Source: Octopus bimaculoides (lineage: Eukaryota). From it: a stretch of DNA of 64,000 nucleotides. Position numbers and translations under genes: made by a program. Shown piece after piece: positions 1 to 13,944 of the stretch (position 1 is the stretch's first letter; each line of letters opens with the position of its first letter). The stretch covers positions 40,628,184 to 40,692,183 of the forward strand of contig NC_068986.1 of NCBI RefSeq assembly GCF_001194135.2, written 5' to 3'. Below the pieces are notes generated by a model, which was not told the origin of the DNA, did not search any database, and worked only from the letters and a program-made list of their open reading frames with translations.

Positions 1-832
1 TACTATCTCTAATTGATTTGCTCTGTTTAAAAACACTATATACATTGGCTAGCAGTGGTCAATGCTGAATGGTTTTCATTTGCTGCTGATATTTGTGATT
101 TTAAACATAGCACATCAATGAGAGATAGTATCTTTGGATTGCAGTGAATTTGAATTAAGAATTTTTTTTTTTTTTTTTTTTGTCTTTGGTCAGTTAGTGT
201 TATTTCCTATTTGTTTCTATCTAGAAATCGAAGGAAATGACTGCTATTCCCTTCAAACTTTGTTATTGTGACCTAGACATCAATGATTTGAAACTGACTT
301 AATTTCCATTACATTTCAGACAGGTTCAGTACTGAATTACTGAAGCAGAAATATCATTATAATAGGTATTCTGTTGAATACTGCAGATTTGTTTGTCAAT
401 TGCTTGACCGTAACCACTTGAGCATGACCCTTAGTGGCTGACAATATGGGCATTTCTGATCAGGAGCAGGATTAGTTGGGGAGCATCATAGCCATGTGTT
501 GAGAGGGAATCTTTGGGGTTTGAATAAATGTAACAAAAGCAAAGTTTGAAGGAAATGTTTTCATACTTTCTAAGGATAAGCAAATAGGAAATAACAGTTG
601 CTACCCAAGGGCAAAAATCATTTTACACAGTGTAATGAATGTGTATGTATTGCTGGAAAAAATAAATGTATTTAAAAAGAAAAAAAAGCTTTAGAAATGT
701 AGACACTTATTGAATTCAAAATAATAAAATTTCTTGAATAATGGAGCCATCACCCCCAACATCATCATCATCATCATCATCATAATAATAATAATAATAA
801 TAATAATGTTCTAAAAATTCCTATTTCTGCAG

Positions 833-1022
833 GTCATCATTGGTGTTGGATTACCGCATCCTTTTGGTTTGGTTGTATATGGTGAATTTATTTTTTGGAC
901 TGACTGGGATACAAAGAGTGTTCAGATGGCTAGCAAATACAACGGCTCCAACCACCAAACACTAAAGAAAGGACTGGAAAGTGTTATGGATGTTACGATA
1001 TTCCATAGAGGAAGACCACAGC
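833..1022 (+). CDS. LRP4: LRP4 exon (window exon 1): end of YWTD beta-propeller 2
   Basis: ctgcAG acceptor, GTatgt donor. Translates VIIGVGLPHPFGLVVYGEFIFWTDWDTKSVQMASKYNGSNHQTLKKGLESVMDVTIFHRGRPQ, matching human LRP4 [29 protein letters not shown] as recalled. Confidence 0.95.
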
Positions 1023-1189
1023 GTATGTATAACATAAGGGAGTGAGTGTGTGTGGTTAGTCGTATGTATGTAGTGTGGGTTTTCTTTTAATGGTAGGTCA
1101 TCATCATCATCATTATCATTGGTTTAATGTAATGATCATCATCATCATAATCATTATCGGTTTAATGTAATCATCATCAATCATCATTA

Positions 1190-1732
1190 CCTTTTACCAT
1201 CTGTTTTCCATTCTCACATGGGTTGGATAGTTTGACCAGAGCTGGGATGCTACACCAGGTTCCAGTCTGATTTGGCTTGATTTCTATGGCTGGAGGCCCT
1301 TCCTAATGCCAACCACTTTACAATGTGTACTGGATGCTTTTAATGTGCTACCAGCATGAGTGCTTTTACATGGTGCCAGCATGAGTGCTTTTACATGGTG
1401 CCAGCATGAGTGCTTTTTTCAAGGCGCCAGCACTAATGTATTTTATGTGGCACTGGCACAGGATTCTTCTATGTCAATCCTCTTCACCAGGGGATGCGAC
1501 CTTACTACTTCTGCTGTGGAGGACTGGTCCTCTTGAATACAGCAAGGGGCTAGGTATCTTGTTCCTTTGTCATCTTGTCTGAAAGGTTCAGTATTTTGTA
1601 GTTGTCCTTCGGTACTTCATCCCATGCCTTCCTGAGTCTCCCTCTTCTACACGTTCCATCCACTTTGAGTGAATGGCACTTCTTTATGGAGTTGTCAGCA
1701 TCCATCCACATGAAATGAAAATAAATATGCAT
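1190..1732 (-). mobile_element. RTE LINE 3' fragment
   Basis: NSIKKCHSLKVDGTCRRGRLRKAWDEV, plus the 3' UTR with short tandem gtgccagcatgagtgctttt repeats. Confidence 0.8.
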
Positions 1733-3424
1733 AGTTCATTCACACTTAACATGTCAATGTTGATGTAGTAGCCACTTACTCTTTCTCTCTTCCTCTCATT
1801 CATTTGCATCCATCAATACTCATTGACACTTTCAAGAATCTATACTCATTCTTCTCCACTTATAACCCAGTGACAAAAATATGTGGTCACTGAACTTGCA
1901 GTCAGGTTTTTGAATTACATTCCAACATTTTTGAGTAAAGAAAGGAAACATTAGGCAATGTAGTTCTGGATAAAATAAAATTGAGATGGTTATTCCTGGA
2001 ATGGTTTTGATTATCATCAGGTACACTCAGTCAGGTTTGAACAGAGGTTAAACGGCAATGACAATACCACACCATCATCAGCAGCAGCACCACCACCACC
2101 ACCATCATCTTCATCATCATTTATTATCTCCTTTCGATGCTGGTGAGCTGCCTCCCAGTAATGGCCTCCTTCTCCATTAAATCACCAATGAGGCCCTTAA
2201 GCAGTTTTTCATCTTAGAAAAATTTCCAAATTTCCTTCATATCACACCTTACTATCTGTAAAAAATTAAAAGTAGGACACATTGGATCTTGTAGCTATGC
2301 CTGGGCTAGAAATGGGGATAACAATACTTCTTATGAGGAGAACTCAAATGGTTGTATGTGTGTGCATGCATGAGTGTGTGTGTATGTGCATGAGCATGCA
2401 TGCATGTGTGTGTACATAAAACTGTATATGTGTGCATAAAAGTATGCAAGTGTACGAGTGTGGGTATAAATATATAAGAGTGTGTGAGTTTATACATGTG
2501 TGTATAAAAGTATGTCTATTTTGATTTACTTACTTGCTTGTATATTGAGCAATGTCATCCTCTTGCTATACACTTACTTTCTTTTGTGCCAGCTCAGATA
2601 TGTGAATCTGTTCATTAGATTGCTAAAGAATATTTAAATATGGGTTTTAAAAAAATATTACTAGAAAATGTTACATATGCATTTGAAGGAAAGTATTATT
2701 AATGTATTGTAAGTAGCATGAGACATGATATATAACATAAAATATACAACATAGGATACACAACATATGGTATAGGTTATACAGGTTATTTTTATTTTCA
2801 TATCTTTTACTTGTTTCAATCATTGGACTGCAGCCATGCCTTGAAGAGTTCAAGCAAACTGACCCCAGTACATATTTTTAAAGCCTGGTGCTTATTCTAT
2901 TGAACCCTTTTGCTAAATCACTAATTTACAGAGGCATAAACAAACCAACAAGATTTGTCAAGTGATGGTGCAGAACAAACACAAAGACACATGCATACAC
3001 ACACACACATACCTGACAAGCTTCCAATAGTTTCCATTTATCAAATCTGCTCACAAGGCTTTGATCAGCTCATGTCTATAACCAAAGACACTTGCCCAAG
3101 GCACTAGACAGTAGAACTGAACCTAAGACCACATGGTTAGAAAGCAAGCTTCTTAATCACACAGCCATACCTCATTTTATGAATGAGGGAAAATATAAAA
3201 CCTGTATAACTTTTCCCACATGTTGCATATCCAATGTTGTTTACTCCATATTTTATGAAATGATATTTATTTTAAGCTTCATTTATTCCCAACATTGAAT
3301 TAAATATATTTTTTTAACCTTAAAGCTTTGCAAATGAATTCGTATCTAAATTGAAATATTTATCATCACTTAAACATAGATGTTTTGTCAGAACAAACTT
3401 TACTGTGGTAGATACTATGAAAGA

Positions 3425-3794
3425 GTGGAGGCGCAATGGCCCAGTGGTTAGGGCAGCAGACTCGCGGTTTCGATTCCCAGACCAGGTGTTGTGAGTGTTT
3501 ATTGAGCGAAAACACCTAAAGCTCCATGAGGCTCCGGCAGGAGATGGTGGCGAACCCTGCTGTACTCTTTCACCACAACTTTCTCTCACTCTTACTTCCT
3601 GTTTCTGTTGTGCCTGTAATTCAAAGGGTCAGCCTTATCACACTGTGTCATGCTGAATATCCCCAAGAACTACATTAAGGGTACACGTGTCTGTGGAGTG
3701 CTCAGCCACTTGCACGTTAATTTCACGAGCAGGCTGTTCCGTTGATCGGATCAACTGGAACCCTCAACGTCGTAAGCGACAGAGTGCCAACAAC
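3425..3794 (+). mobile_element. tRNA-derived SINE (head gtggaggcgcaatggcccagtgg)
   Basis: A box TGGCCCAGTGG and B box GTTTCGATTCC. A near-identical copy lies at 27245-27626. Confidence 0.85.
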
Positions 3795-4184
3795 TATGAG
3801 AGAAACTCTCATATAGGTTTTTAGTGCAAAATGCATGTTTGTTTATATCACTAATGGGGAGATAAATTCCTACTACCTTCTGTGCTGAGACCACCAAATC
3901 ATGTGATTTTGACCTTCCTTGTTCGTGATTTCAACCTTTCTTGATGGACACTTGACCACAAGAGACAGCAGTGACTCATCTCCCTACTAGTGATATATAG
4001 AAAATCAGTGACGAAACAGGCACAGGTGTTGCAATTAGCCAGTGAGCTTGCTAAATGTTAACAATTAAAATTTATGTTTTGTTATTAAAAACAGAAAAAT
4101 ATTTTTAAAAATTTATGTTATTCTATTTAACCACCTATCTCAGTTTTGCTTTGTCACCTTTCCTTTTTTTTTTTTTTTTTACAG

Positions 4185-4316
4185 TGGATTCTCCTTGTAA
4201 AAACCGGAATGGTGGTTGTAGTCACTTATGTTTATTAGCACCGGGACCTAGAACTCATACTTGCGCGTGTCCTACAGGAATCTTAATGAAATATGATGAA
4301 GTAACTTGTGAAAAGG
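4185..4316 (+). CDS. LRP4: LRP4 exon 2: EGF-like module
   Basis: poly-T acAG acceptor, GTgagt donor, phase 1/1. [43 protein letters not shown] (6-Cys EGF). Confidence 0.96.
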
Positions 4317-4754
4317 GTGAGTTATTTTGATTATCATGATAAAGGCAGCAAGCTGGTAGAATCCTTAGCAGCATTTTGTCTGTCTTTCCTTTCTGAGTTC
4401 ATATTCCACTGAGGTTGATTTTCCCTTTCATTCTTTCAGGGTCAATAAATCAAGTACCTGTTGAGCACTGGGTCAATGTAATCGACTTACCCCCTCCCCT
4501 ACAATTTCAGGCCCTATGCCTATAGTAGAAAGGATTATTATTATTATGAAGGCAGCGAAGTGGCAGAATCATTAGCATGATGGGCAAAATGCTTAACAGC
4601 ATTTCGTCTGTCCTTACATTTTGAGTTCAAATTCCGCTGAGGTTGACTTTGCCTTTCATCTATTTGAGGTCGATGAAATAAGTACCAGTTATGCACTGGG
4701 TTGATGTAATTTACTAGTCTCCAAATTTCAGGCCTTGTACTTTTAGTATAAAGG

Positions 4755-4811
<57 letters not shown>

Positions 4812-5349
4812 GAGTGAGAGAGCAGTGCATGCCATCAAAGTGACAATGGGGTAAAATATACGAAACCCAATATACCCATCATGACTACCCGTCGCAGGTG
4901 GGGCCCAGTTAGAATTTTTTTCAGGTCGAGTAGCCCATCCCACTCAAAAGGTCCCTGAATAAGGTTTGTTTAAGGATGTTGAGCAAAACACCCATGTTTC
5001 CAAAGGTGAATTATTCAANNNNNNNNNNNNNNNNNNNNNNNNNNNNNNNNNNNNNNNNNNNNNNNNNNNNNNNNNNNNNNNNNNNNNNNNNNNNNNNNNN
5101 NNNNNNNNNNNNNNNNNNNNNNNNNNNNNNNNNNNNNNNNNNNNNNNNNNNNNNNNNNNNNNNTGTCAGCCACCAAGGGACATGCTAAACTGGTTAAGGT
5201 CAAACAACTGACAAGCAAATCTGTGCTATTGAGCAGAATATTTGCTGTAACCCATCTTTTATACCAAGACAATACAATGTACATGATAACACTTCCAATC
5301 AATTAAGATCAGAAGCCATGAGAGCCACTGCCTGGTACTGCATCAGGGC

Positions 5350-5350
<1 letters not shown>
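4812..5350 (+). mobile_element. Interspersed repeat (SINE-like), also inverted at about 380-530
   Basis: tgtcagccaccaagggacatgctaaactggttaaggtcaa (5164) is the reverse complement of ttgaccgtaaccacttgagcatgacccttagtggctgaca (405). Confidence 0.6.
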
Positions 5351-5383
<33 letters not shown>

Positions 5384-5632
5384 TAGTTTTATTTTTATAA
5401 CGTGCTTTCACTTCACTACCGAGCGCAGCTCTGTATGCCTTGGGTATGTGCTGTGGTTTGCTGCGATGCTCTTATGGTTTATGGTATTGAAAGTGTTTTG
5501 CGTAGGATGTGTGCTGTGCCCAGTAGTGCAATTTTCTGTATGTTATATATATTTGCAAGTCTTATTTCTTTTGCATTCTTATATTGTTTATTATATTCTT
5601 ATATATATTTTCACATATATTGTTTTTTACAG

Positions 5633-5770
5633 AAATGAAAAATTTTTTGGTGTTTGCCCGACGAAATGATATTCGGAAGATTTCTTTGGATGTGAAATAT
5701 TTTGCTGATGTTGTTGTTCCTTTGGGCCAATTAAAGAATGCAGTTGCCCTTGACATAGATCCAATACGAG
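5633..5770 (+). CDS. LRP4: LRP4 exon 3: start of beta-propeller 3
   Basis: tacAG/GTaaag. EMKNFLVFARRNDIRKISLDVKYFADVVVPLGQLKNAVALDIDPIR; the YFADVVVP stretch is LRP4-typical. Confidence 0.96.
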
Positions 5771-6729
5771 GTAAAGTCCTTTCATATGATAACAGATTTC
5801 CTAATTGAGGATGAGATTGTTCCCAGCAAATTTTGTTTGGAAGGATAATACAATAGATGTAGGAGTGGCATTGTGATTTAGAAGTTTGTTTCCCAATCAC
5901 ATGGTTTTGGGTTCAGTCCTACTGTGTGACACCTTGGGTGAATGCCTTCTACTACAGTCCTGGGCTGGTCAAAGTCTTGTGAGTTGATTTGGTAGTAGAA
6001 CCTGAAAGACGCCCATCACAGATATATATGTGCGTGTGTATGAGTAAATTACTGTTTCCTCATCTTGTCTCAAGATAGTTGTAAACAAGCTTCACCATCA
6101 TAGAAATGGTGTCCTTTGTTTCCAGTCTTCCATGAAAACATGTTTAGCCATGGGGAAACGTTACCTTAGTTGGAAACAGGTATGGGTTGGTGACAAGAAA
6201 GGCATCCACCTCTAGAAAATCTGCTTCAACAAATTCCAACTGAGTCATGCAAGCATGGAAAAGTGGAAGTTAAAACGATGATAGCACAGTATTACAATAA
6301 AATATTGTTTGCTTCCTTCAGTACAAGACCCTTGATTTGTAGGAAAGGGGTTTATTTAGTTTAGTCAACCTGACTACATGATTTGTGCTTTATCAGCCTT
6401 TGATTGATGGAAGGCAAAGTTGAACTCAGGACTAAAGGTACAAAACTATATGCTGCAAGATATTTTATCTGACATTTTGCCATTCCTGTTACCCTATAAC
6501 CTTTCCAGAATAGACCAAAGCACATGTAATAAAATGTTCTGCCCAAAGATATTATCAAATACCTGCAGGAGATCATGAAGTTAACAACTTAGTGCTGGAA
6601 ATCTAATATCTGTTTAAGGCCAATATTTTATTTTGAAGTTATTTAGTCTTGCCCTCTGTTGTTCCTATAGATTCCTAGCCTTTAATCAATCCAAATGTTA
6701 AAAACTAGCTTACTAAATGTTTGTTGCAG

Positions 6730-6988
6730 GTAAAATTTATTGGTCTGACACAGTTGTAGATAAAATACAAAGATCAAATTTAGATGGATCCCAAGTTGAA
6801 GATGTTATTTCTCATGGACTTGACACGACTGATGGACTTGCAGTTGATTACATTGGCAAGAAGATTTACTGGACAGAAAATGGAAACAACCGGATTGAAG
6901 TTGCAAATCTTGATGGCACAATGCGAAAAGTGCTTTTTTGGCAGGATCTAGATTCTCCAAGAGCAATTGTTATCCACTATGAACAGGG
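6730..6988 (+). CDS. LRP4: LRP4 exon 4: propeller 3 YWTD repeats
   Basis: tgcAG/GTaagt. [20 protein letters not shown]...[52 protein letters not shown]. Confidence 0.97.
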
Positions 6989-7680
6989 GTAAGTAGCACT
7001 TGAATTATTCTTGAGTTGCATTTTGTTTGGTGAGTGTTAGGAACTGAAATTGAGTTTAGCATTCACCAATTCCATCATGGTAATTCTTGTAACCATTAGC
7101 ACTACACATACCGTTATATTAATGTTTTTTTTAAAGATGTATGGGTGTGTGTTTGTTTGTTTCTTTCTTTGTTTTAAGCCTCTGGTATAAAGCCACCTCC
7201 TCCTTTCAATGCTATCCACCCCCATTTAGTCAAGGAGGCTTTTTTTCTGTCTAGCAAGTGCAAGTTATTTGGCAGCGTCACTTGTGACAGTGGAATGTAA
7301 AATGTACTTAGTGCACTCTGCAAAATGGTTGGCATTAGGAAGGATATCCAGCTGCAAAAATCATTCCAAAGTTGACATTGACACTTAACACAGTCCTGCA
7401 GCTCACCAGGTCCTGTCAAGCCATTTTACTCATGCCAGCATGGAAAATATATGTAAACTGATGATGATTATATATACATATATATAACAAAAGAGGGGGT
7501 GGTGTTTCCACACAGGAAAAAAATATAGGAAAATGTGTTGTTGAAAATGCACCTAAATTTAAAAAACTCGTAAATGTTTAAAATACATTTATTTACATAT
7601 ATACCAAACTAGTTTCAACAATATTTTTTGTTTATCAATGGTAAAAGTTTAAAATTAGAAAAAACATCTTTAAAAGTTTC

Positions 7681-7751
7681 AATGTTGACGAATTAAAATG
7701 TTTCAATGTTGACGAATTAAAATGTTTCAATGTTGATAAATTAACATGTTC
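7681..7751. repeat. 24-bp tandem repeat, about 3 copies
   Basis: aatgttgacgaattaaaatgtttc twice, plus a diverged third copy. Confidence 0.85.
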
Positions 7752-8548
7752 AAAACAGAAGGTGTAAGTTTGAATGTTCATAGCAGTCAATAAAATTAAA
7801 AGCGTATATCAATTTGTTTGAATGTACAAAGTTCATTAATTTTAGTGGTGGTTGACAAGTCATGCTGAAAAAACATAAGTGTGAAATGAAAATAGTGAAA
7901 AAATGGGAATTTGGTTTACAGTTTTTCTGATCCTCTTCTAATAGAATCTTTCGCAACAGATAAAGCAACATATTCTCAGAAAGTGTCACAGACTTCACTA
8001 TACATATGCCAAAGAAACAGGATGTTCAAACTGTCCTCAGCCCTATCAATGACCATTATCCATGCTACCTACTACTCCCATGATGGCAGAGTTCATGGCT
8101 CTGTAAAGCTGCTTGCCACTTCCACCCTCCTGCCCTCACCAATGAAACCCTCAACCATGCTTACAATGAACTTGTAGTTCAAGTAATCAAACAACTGGAA
8201 TACATCTTTGAAACCAACAGAAGATCCATTTAGACATAACAGAACATAAGATGGTTACAGTTGGAACACCTTTGGTCAAAGCTCTGCTCAGTCAGAGCTG
8301 GTCTGGTGATACACAACAACAAATATAGAACATGTGTCACTTAGAAAGAAACTATAATATATTCTGTTTTTCTCTCAGTCAATAAGGAATTATTATTTAT
8401 TTGCTTATCATATACTGGCATGTTTGTTTTGTAAATTAATTTTTGTTTATTCCTTTTGATATGATGTACAAAGAAGTAGATTCCCTTTCTAGCAAATATG
8501 TAGACCCTCCCCTACATTAATTAATAATTCTTCATTGTATCTCTGCAG

Positions 8549-8711
8549 CTACATCTACTGGACAGATTGGGGAGACCGACCCAGAATAGAGCGAGCAGAT
8601 ATGGATGGTAATAACCGGCTCACAATTATTTCAAAAGCTCTCAAGTGGCCTAATGGGCTGACTATTGATAAAGAAACTCGAAGACTGATTTGGAATGATG
8701 CCACTACAGAA
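8549..8711 (+). CDS. LRP4: LRP4 exon 5: propeller 3
   Basis: tgcAG/GTaagt. [54 protein letters not shown]. Confidence 0.97.
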
Positions 8712-10515
8712 GTAAGTTATCATTTGGTATCACACATTGATCTATACTCATCATCACTTAATATCCACTCTTCCATGCTTATACGGGTCTGATGGAACTT
8801 GTTGAGATAAATTTTCTATGGTTGTATGCCCTTCCTGATGGCAATCCTCATTTGTTTCTTAGCAAGGTAATATTTTCCCAGGACCAGACATGTCTTGGAA
8901 ATTTGGAAACCAACAACTTTGCTTGTATGATGATGATGCTTAGTTTACTACTGTCATGTGATGTCTAGACAAGATTACACATACATAAATACACACACAC
9001 ATTCATATAAGCACGTCTTTCCATTTTTGTCAACCAAATCCGCTCATAAGGCTTTAGTTGGCCTGGGGCTGTAGTAGAAGACACTTTCCCAAAATACTGC
9101 ACTGTAGGACTGAACCCAAAACCACATTGTTGAGAAGCAAGCTTCTTAACCACACTGTCACATCTGAATAAATTACTCAGTGATGACTTGATAACAAGTG
9201 AATGGAACATTTAAAATCTGACCAGAAATAATTGTCTGGTGAGAGGAACAAGTCTTCTGTATGTAAATGTATCTTCATCGATTTTACATGTTACTATAGC
9301 TACCACTTCTGTCCAAGCTGGCACTGATTGGACAGTATTTTTGAGGTAGTGTTTTATGATTGGATGCCTTTCTTGATAGCAAGCCATTTAGTCACTTCTT
9401 GCAACAGATAATGAACTTATTTTAACAGCTGGATACATGGTAATAATGACATCATCATCATCATTGTTTAACGTCTGTCTTCCATGCATGCATCGGTAGG
9501 ATAGTTGACAGGAGCTGGCCTGATAGAAGACTACCCCAGGCTACTGTGTCTGCTTTTGCAGAGTATATTTATATATGTATTTGTGTGTGTGTGTGTGATC
9601 ATATCATATACATTTGATTTCCATGCTGGCATGGATTCATTGGGTCATTATGGTCTATATTAGTTCATATTCAATATTTCTCTTGTCTTAATCAGGTGAA
9701 AAGTTCATGTTTTGCTCATACATTTCATTTCTGGTTTGGTTTCTACATTTGGATGTCTTTGTATCACCAACTACTTTTAGTAAAGTAGTTGGTGATACAA
9801 AGATCATATTGGGTGCATTTTACCATGACACCAACACTGGAAGGGTTCTTTTGTATCTCATAAGTGTAAAGAGTTCTTTCTACCTTGATGCGTTCAATGT
9901 CACCACATAGGTGATGTCATTGTTTATGTCTGCTATAAAAATATGTCTGGCCACTCCGAGGCTTGTCATGTGAAAGATCAAGGGAATCAAGTAAGGGTTG
10001 GTGATAGGAAGCACATCATACCATAGAATACTGCTTCAACAAGTCTCATGTAACATACAGTGAGTTATTATCATCATCATTGTTTTAATGTCCACTTTTC
10101 CATGCTTGCATGTGTCCAATGGGGTTTATTGAGGCAGCTATTTCTATGATCAGCTGTCCTTTCCATTTGCTAATTCTCACCTGTTTCAAAGGAAGGTAAT
10201 ATTTTTTCATGACCTGACATGGGCTCACACAATATTGGAAATAAATGACATGACTCTATGACAGTACCAATCATTTACAATTATTCCCCCAATATCAAGA
10301 CAAGCAGATGCAAATATATACACTCAGACGCATATACATACATATGCAGATATACATAATCAATGGGCTTCTTTCAGTTTCCATCTACCAAATCTACTCA
10401 CAAAGCTTTGGTTGGCATGGAGCCATAGTAAAAGACATTTGTCCATGGGACCACACAGTGGGATTGAACCTGAAACCAAGTAGGTGAGAAGTAAATTTCT
10501 TAACCTGCATCTCTG

Positions 10516-10566
<51 letters not shown>

Positions 10567-10676
10567 AGTGTGTATGCACACACACACACATACACGCACA
10601 TATGTATATTTTATCATCAATGCCTACATCAGTTTTGTGTATGTGATGTTATTTCTATTTGATATTGTTTTTCTAG

Positions 10677-10899
10677 GTTATAGAATGTTCAGATCTCAAT
10701 GGGAAATCACGGCAAAAACTTGTCTCTAAGCTTCTTCACCCTTATGGACTGACAGTGGCAGGTCCTTTCATCTACTGGACAGATTGGCGAACAAGATCAA
10801 TCCACCGAGCTGACAAGATGACTGGTGAAGGGGCTATGGTTGTTCGAAGCAACATTCCTGGACTGATGGATCTACGAGCTGTTCACATGGACAGAACTG
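10677..10899 (+). CDS. LRP4: LRP4 exon 6: end of propeller 3
   Basis: tctAG/GTaact. [74 protein letters not shown]. Confidence 0.97.
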
Positions 10900-11090
10900 G
10901 TAACTATAGTAACATCTCTCACCTGGATTTTTTTTGTGAAGTGAAGTTGAAATATGTCTTCACTATCATTATATCATTTACTTTTGCTCGTGTTTTCTTT
11001 TTCCCTGTTTTTTTTTTTTGTGGGTGGGGTGCTATTTTCTTTCTCCTTCGCTTCTGTCATGAATCCCAGAACTCATATGGCTGGAGCTTA

Positions 11091-11990
11091 TGAGGTGGCA
11101 TCAAAAAGTTCCTGGACTAGTTACGTTTAGTAAAAAATAACTTATTTACTTAAGTTTTGATATCATCTCCTTTGAAATAATCACCTTGTGCAACAATACA
11201 CCTGTCCCAGCATTCCTGCCACTTTTGGAATCCGGTTTGGAAGTGATTTTCCATAAGCAAGTCGAGGACCTTCTGCAATTCGCTCTGGATCCCGACAACG
11301 ATGTTAAGTCAGCGACCTTTGAGCTGCACTTTCATCTTAATGAAGAGATGAAGTCCGCAGATGCTAAATCTGGCAAATAGGGCAGGTGCAGAAGCAATAC
11401 CATGTTGTTTGGGGCGTAAACCTCATGAGTGAGGAGAACTCAACGGCAGGGTGCATTGTCTTCATGAAGAATCCAATTCTTCATGCTTCACAGGTCCAGT
11501 CACTTTCACCAAATTTCCTCCTTAAAACACTTCAAAACGTCGCAGTAGGACTCTCAATTGACAGTCTGGCCTTGAGGGACAGATTCTCAGTGCACAATAC
11601 CACATTTCCAGATGTGACACTTGTGGCAGGTCTTCCAGGGACGTTCTTCCACTTTTGAAGCACTTATATCACTCAAAACATTATCTACGATCCATTGCCT
11701 TGTTGTCATAAGCTTGCCAAAGCTTGCTCAATGTCTCTGTAGCAGACTTCCCAAGATGAATGCAAAATTTCACATTGGCTCTTTGTTCCTGTCCATGACA
11801 AACTCACAGACTACAGCATACACATGATCACAAGAACAAAAATTTCACAACTTGTAAAATAAATACAGTGATGTCACTCAGCACATTGCCTCATAAAGAT
11901 CACTGCTAGCTCTCACTCTGCACACAACCATGTGCTGCCATCTGTTGGTGTGCTACAGAAATAGTCCAGGAACTTTTTGATACCACCACA
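11091..11990 (-). mobile_element. Internally deleted mariner (Tc1/mariner) transposon
   Basis: 29-bp TIRs (27/29 identical) and TA at both flanks. A broken transposase C-terminus reads ...PYLPDLASADF...FQKWQECWDRCIVAQGDYFKGD (YSPDLAP-like motif). Confidence 0.92.
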
Positions 11991-12419
11991 TACATCAGTT
12001 TCCATGGTATATATGTAACTGAGATTACACTAAACACTTGGCCACACCTTCACACACATTTACTTTACTAGATGACAATTAACCTCTGGTGTCTTCTTTG
12101 ATTAGTGCTTGTCATAGAATTTTATACAATTCAAAGGTGGTCTCTGGTTACTGTGTGAAAAACAAAATTCAAACTTATTTTAGTAAGAACTTCCTGCCAA
12201 AAGATTTTCAGTTTATACCATATGCACTTTTTTTTTCTTGCAAATAAATATTCTAAATTAATGAGTTATTCAAGTGTTCTTTTAAACTGGGAGTCATATG
12301 TTGTGTGGTTCTGATTTACAGTTTTATTTTTGTTTAATTAAAACAAATTGTTTGCCCAATTATCAACATGACTATGCATTGATTTTGTCTATATTAACTC
12401 TTATTTACTCCTTTTCCAG

Positions 12420-12551
12420 AATACCCAATCAACCGTTGTGGTAAAAGTAACGGTGGCTGCAGCCATCTTTGTCTTCCAAATCCAAAGGGTTTCAGCTGTG
12501 CCTGTCCAACGGGATTGCTACTCACTCAGGATAAAAAAGCGTGTCAATCCA
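12420..12551 (+). CDS. LRP4: LRP4 exon 7: EGF-like module
   Basis: tccAG/GTgagc. [44 protein letters not shown]. Confidence 0.95.
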
Positions 12552-12843
12552 GTGAGCAGACATTCAAGTTTCTATTTCAAAATCATTCCTACATTTCTTT
12601 TTCATTCTTTTCTCTCTCACTATAATCTATAGGAAATTCCCACCTTTAATGTGCGGCTTAACAGTAAATGATTCTGAACAAGAATTTTGTTTTATCTCTT
12701 ACTTGTTTTAGTCATTGGACTGCAGGATTTAGTTGAACAAATCACTAGTACTTCTTTTATTGATTTTCTTTCGCCAAACCACTAGATTATAGGAATGTAA
12801 ACAAAATAACACCGGTGGGAGGAACAAATGTAAACATGAAGAG

Positions 12844-12892
<49 letters not shown>

Positions 12893-13944
12893 TATGTACA
12901 CAACAGGTTTCTACAGTTTCCATTATCAAATTCACTGATTAGACATTGGTCAGCCCAGTTAGTAGAAGGCCCTTACCCAAGGTGCTGTGCAGTGGGACTG
13001 AACCTGAAATCGTAGTTGCAAACCAAGCTTTGTAACCATACAGCCATACCTATGTTTGATTTTTTTTTTTTTTTTTCATTATAATTCCTGATAAGGTGGT
13101 GAGCTGGCAGAATCGTTAGCATGCTGGACAGAATGCTCGGCGGTATTTCGCCTGTCGTTACATTCTGAGTTCAAATTCCACTGAGGTTGACTTTGCCTTT
13201 CATCCTTTTAGGGTCGATAAATTAAGTACCAGTGAAACACTGGGATCAATGTAATCGACTTAATCCCATTTCCCAAGCTGCCCTTGTGACAAAAATTTAA
13301 AATCATTATTTGATTCTTGATTCTTGAAGCCAAGTAAAACTGAGCAGTGAACGATAAATTTTGAACTTATATGCTAATGTTTATTGATTCTGTTACATTT
13401 TATTTGCTACTGATTACCAATTTTAATAAAGCCATCACATCAGTTTACATCCATTTTAACCCCTATGCTGACATGGGTGGATTGCTCTTAGAACATTTCA
13501 TATCACTCTTTGCAATTCTTTGTCCTCTGTCACACATTAACAGAAGAAAAAGAGAAAGACACCAGCCAGTTCTGTTGCGTATGTTATGTTATTTCTGGCA
13601 TGGTTGGATACCCTTCCTATCACTTCAGCATGGACTGAATGTACTTTATCATGTTATCAACACTAGAGATATCAACTAATGAAAGCAAACAGTCTTCTAT
13701 ACTCTTCTTCTATTTGCTCCTCAACATTTTAGCATTTAGATTACTCTTTCAAACATAATGCTTATTCATTCACACTGTTTAGAATGAATCATACAGTATC
13801 TTATATCTTTGCAACTTCGATGATGGGATTTTTTATATTTAGAATGACATTGTAGAGTAAGAGTGAGAGGTTGGATCTGGTCAGTTTGAACATAAAACAT
13901 AAAAATATTTTATACAGATAAGGTCAGTTTAAATGTTAGCTTGC

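Noticed and set aside
4966-5018. ORF ending ...SKGELF, the same as the read-through of LRP4 exon 2 (...EKGELF), suggesting an exon duplication
   Set aside because: The match is only the donor-like aaggtga(a/g)ttatt; this segment belongs to an interspersed repeat and encodes no EGF residues.
7681-7751. Tandem repeat as a possible CRISPR array
   Set aside because: There are no unique spacers, no cas genes, and the context is eukaryotic.
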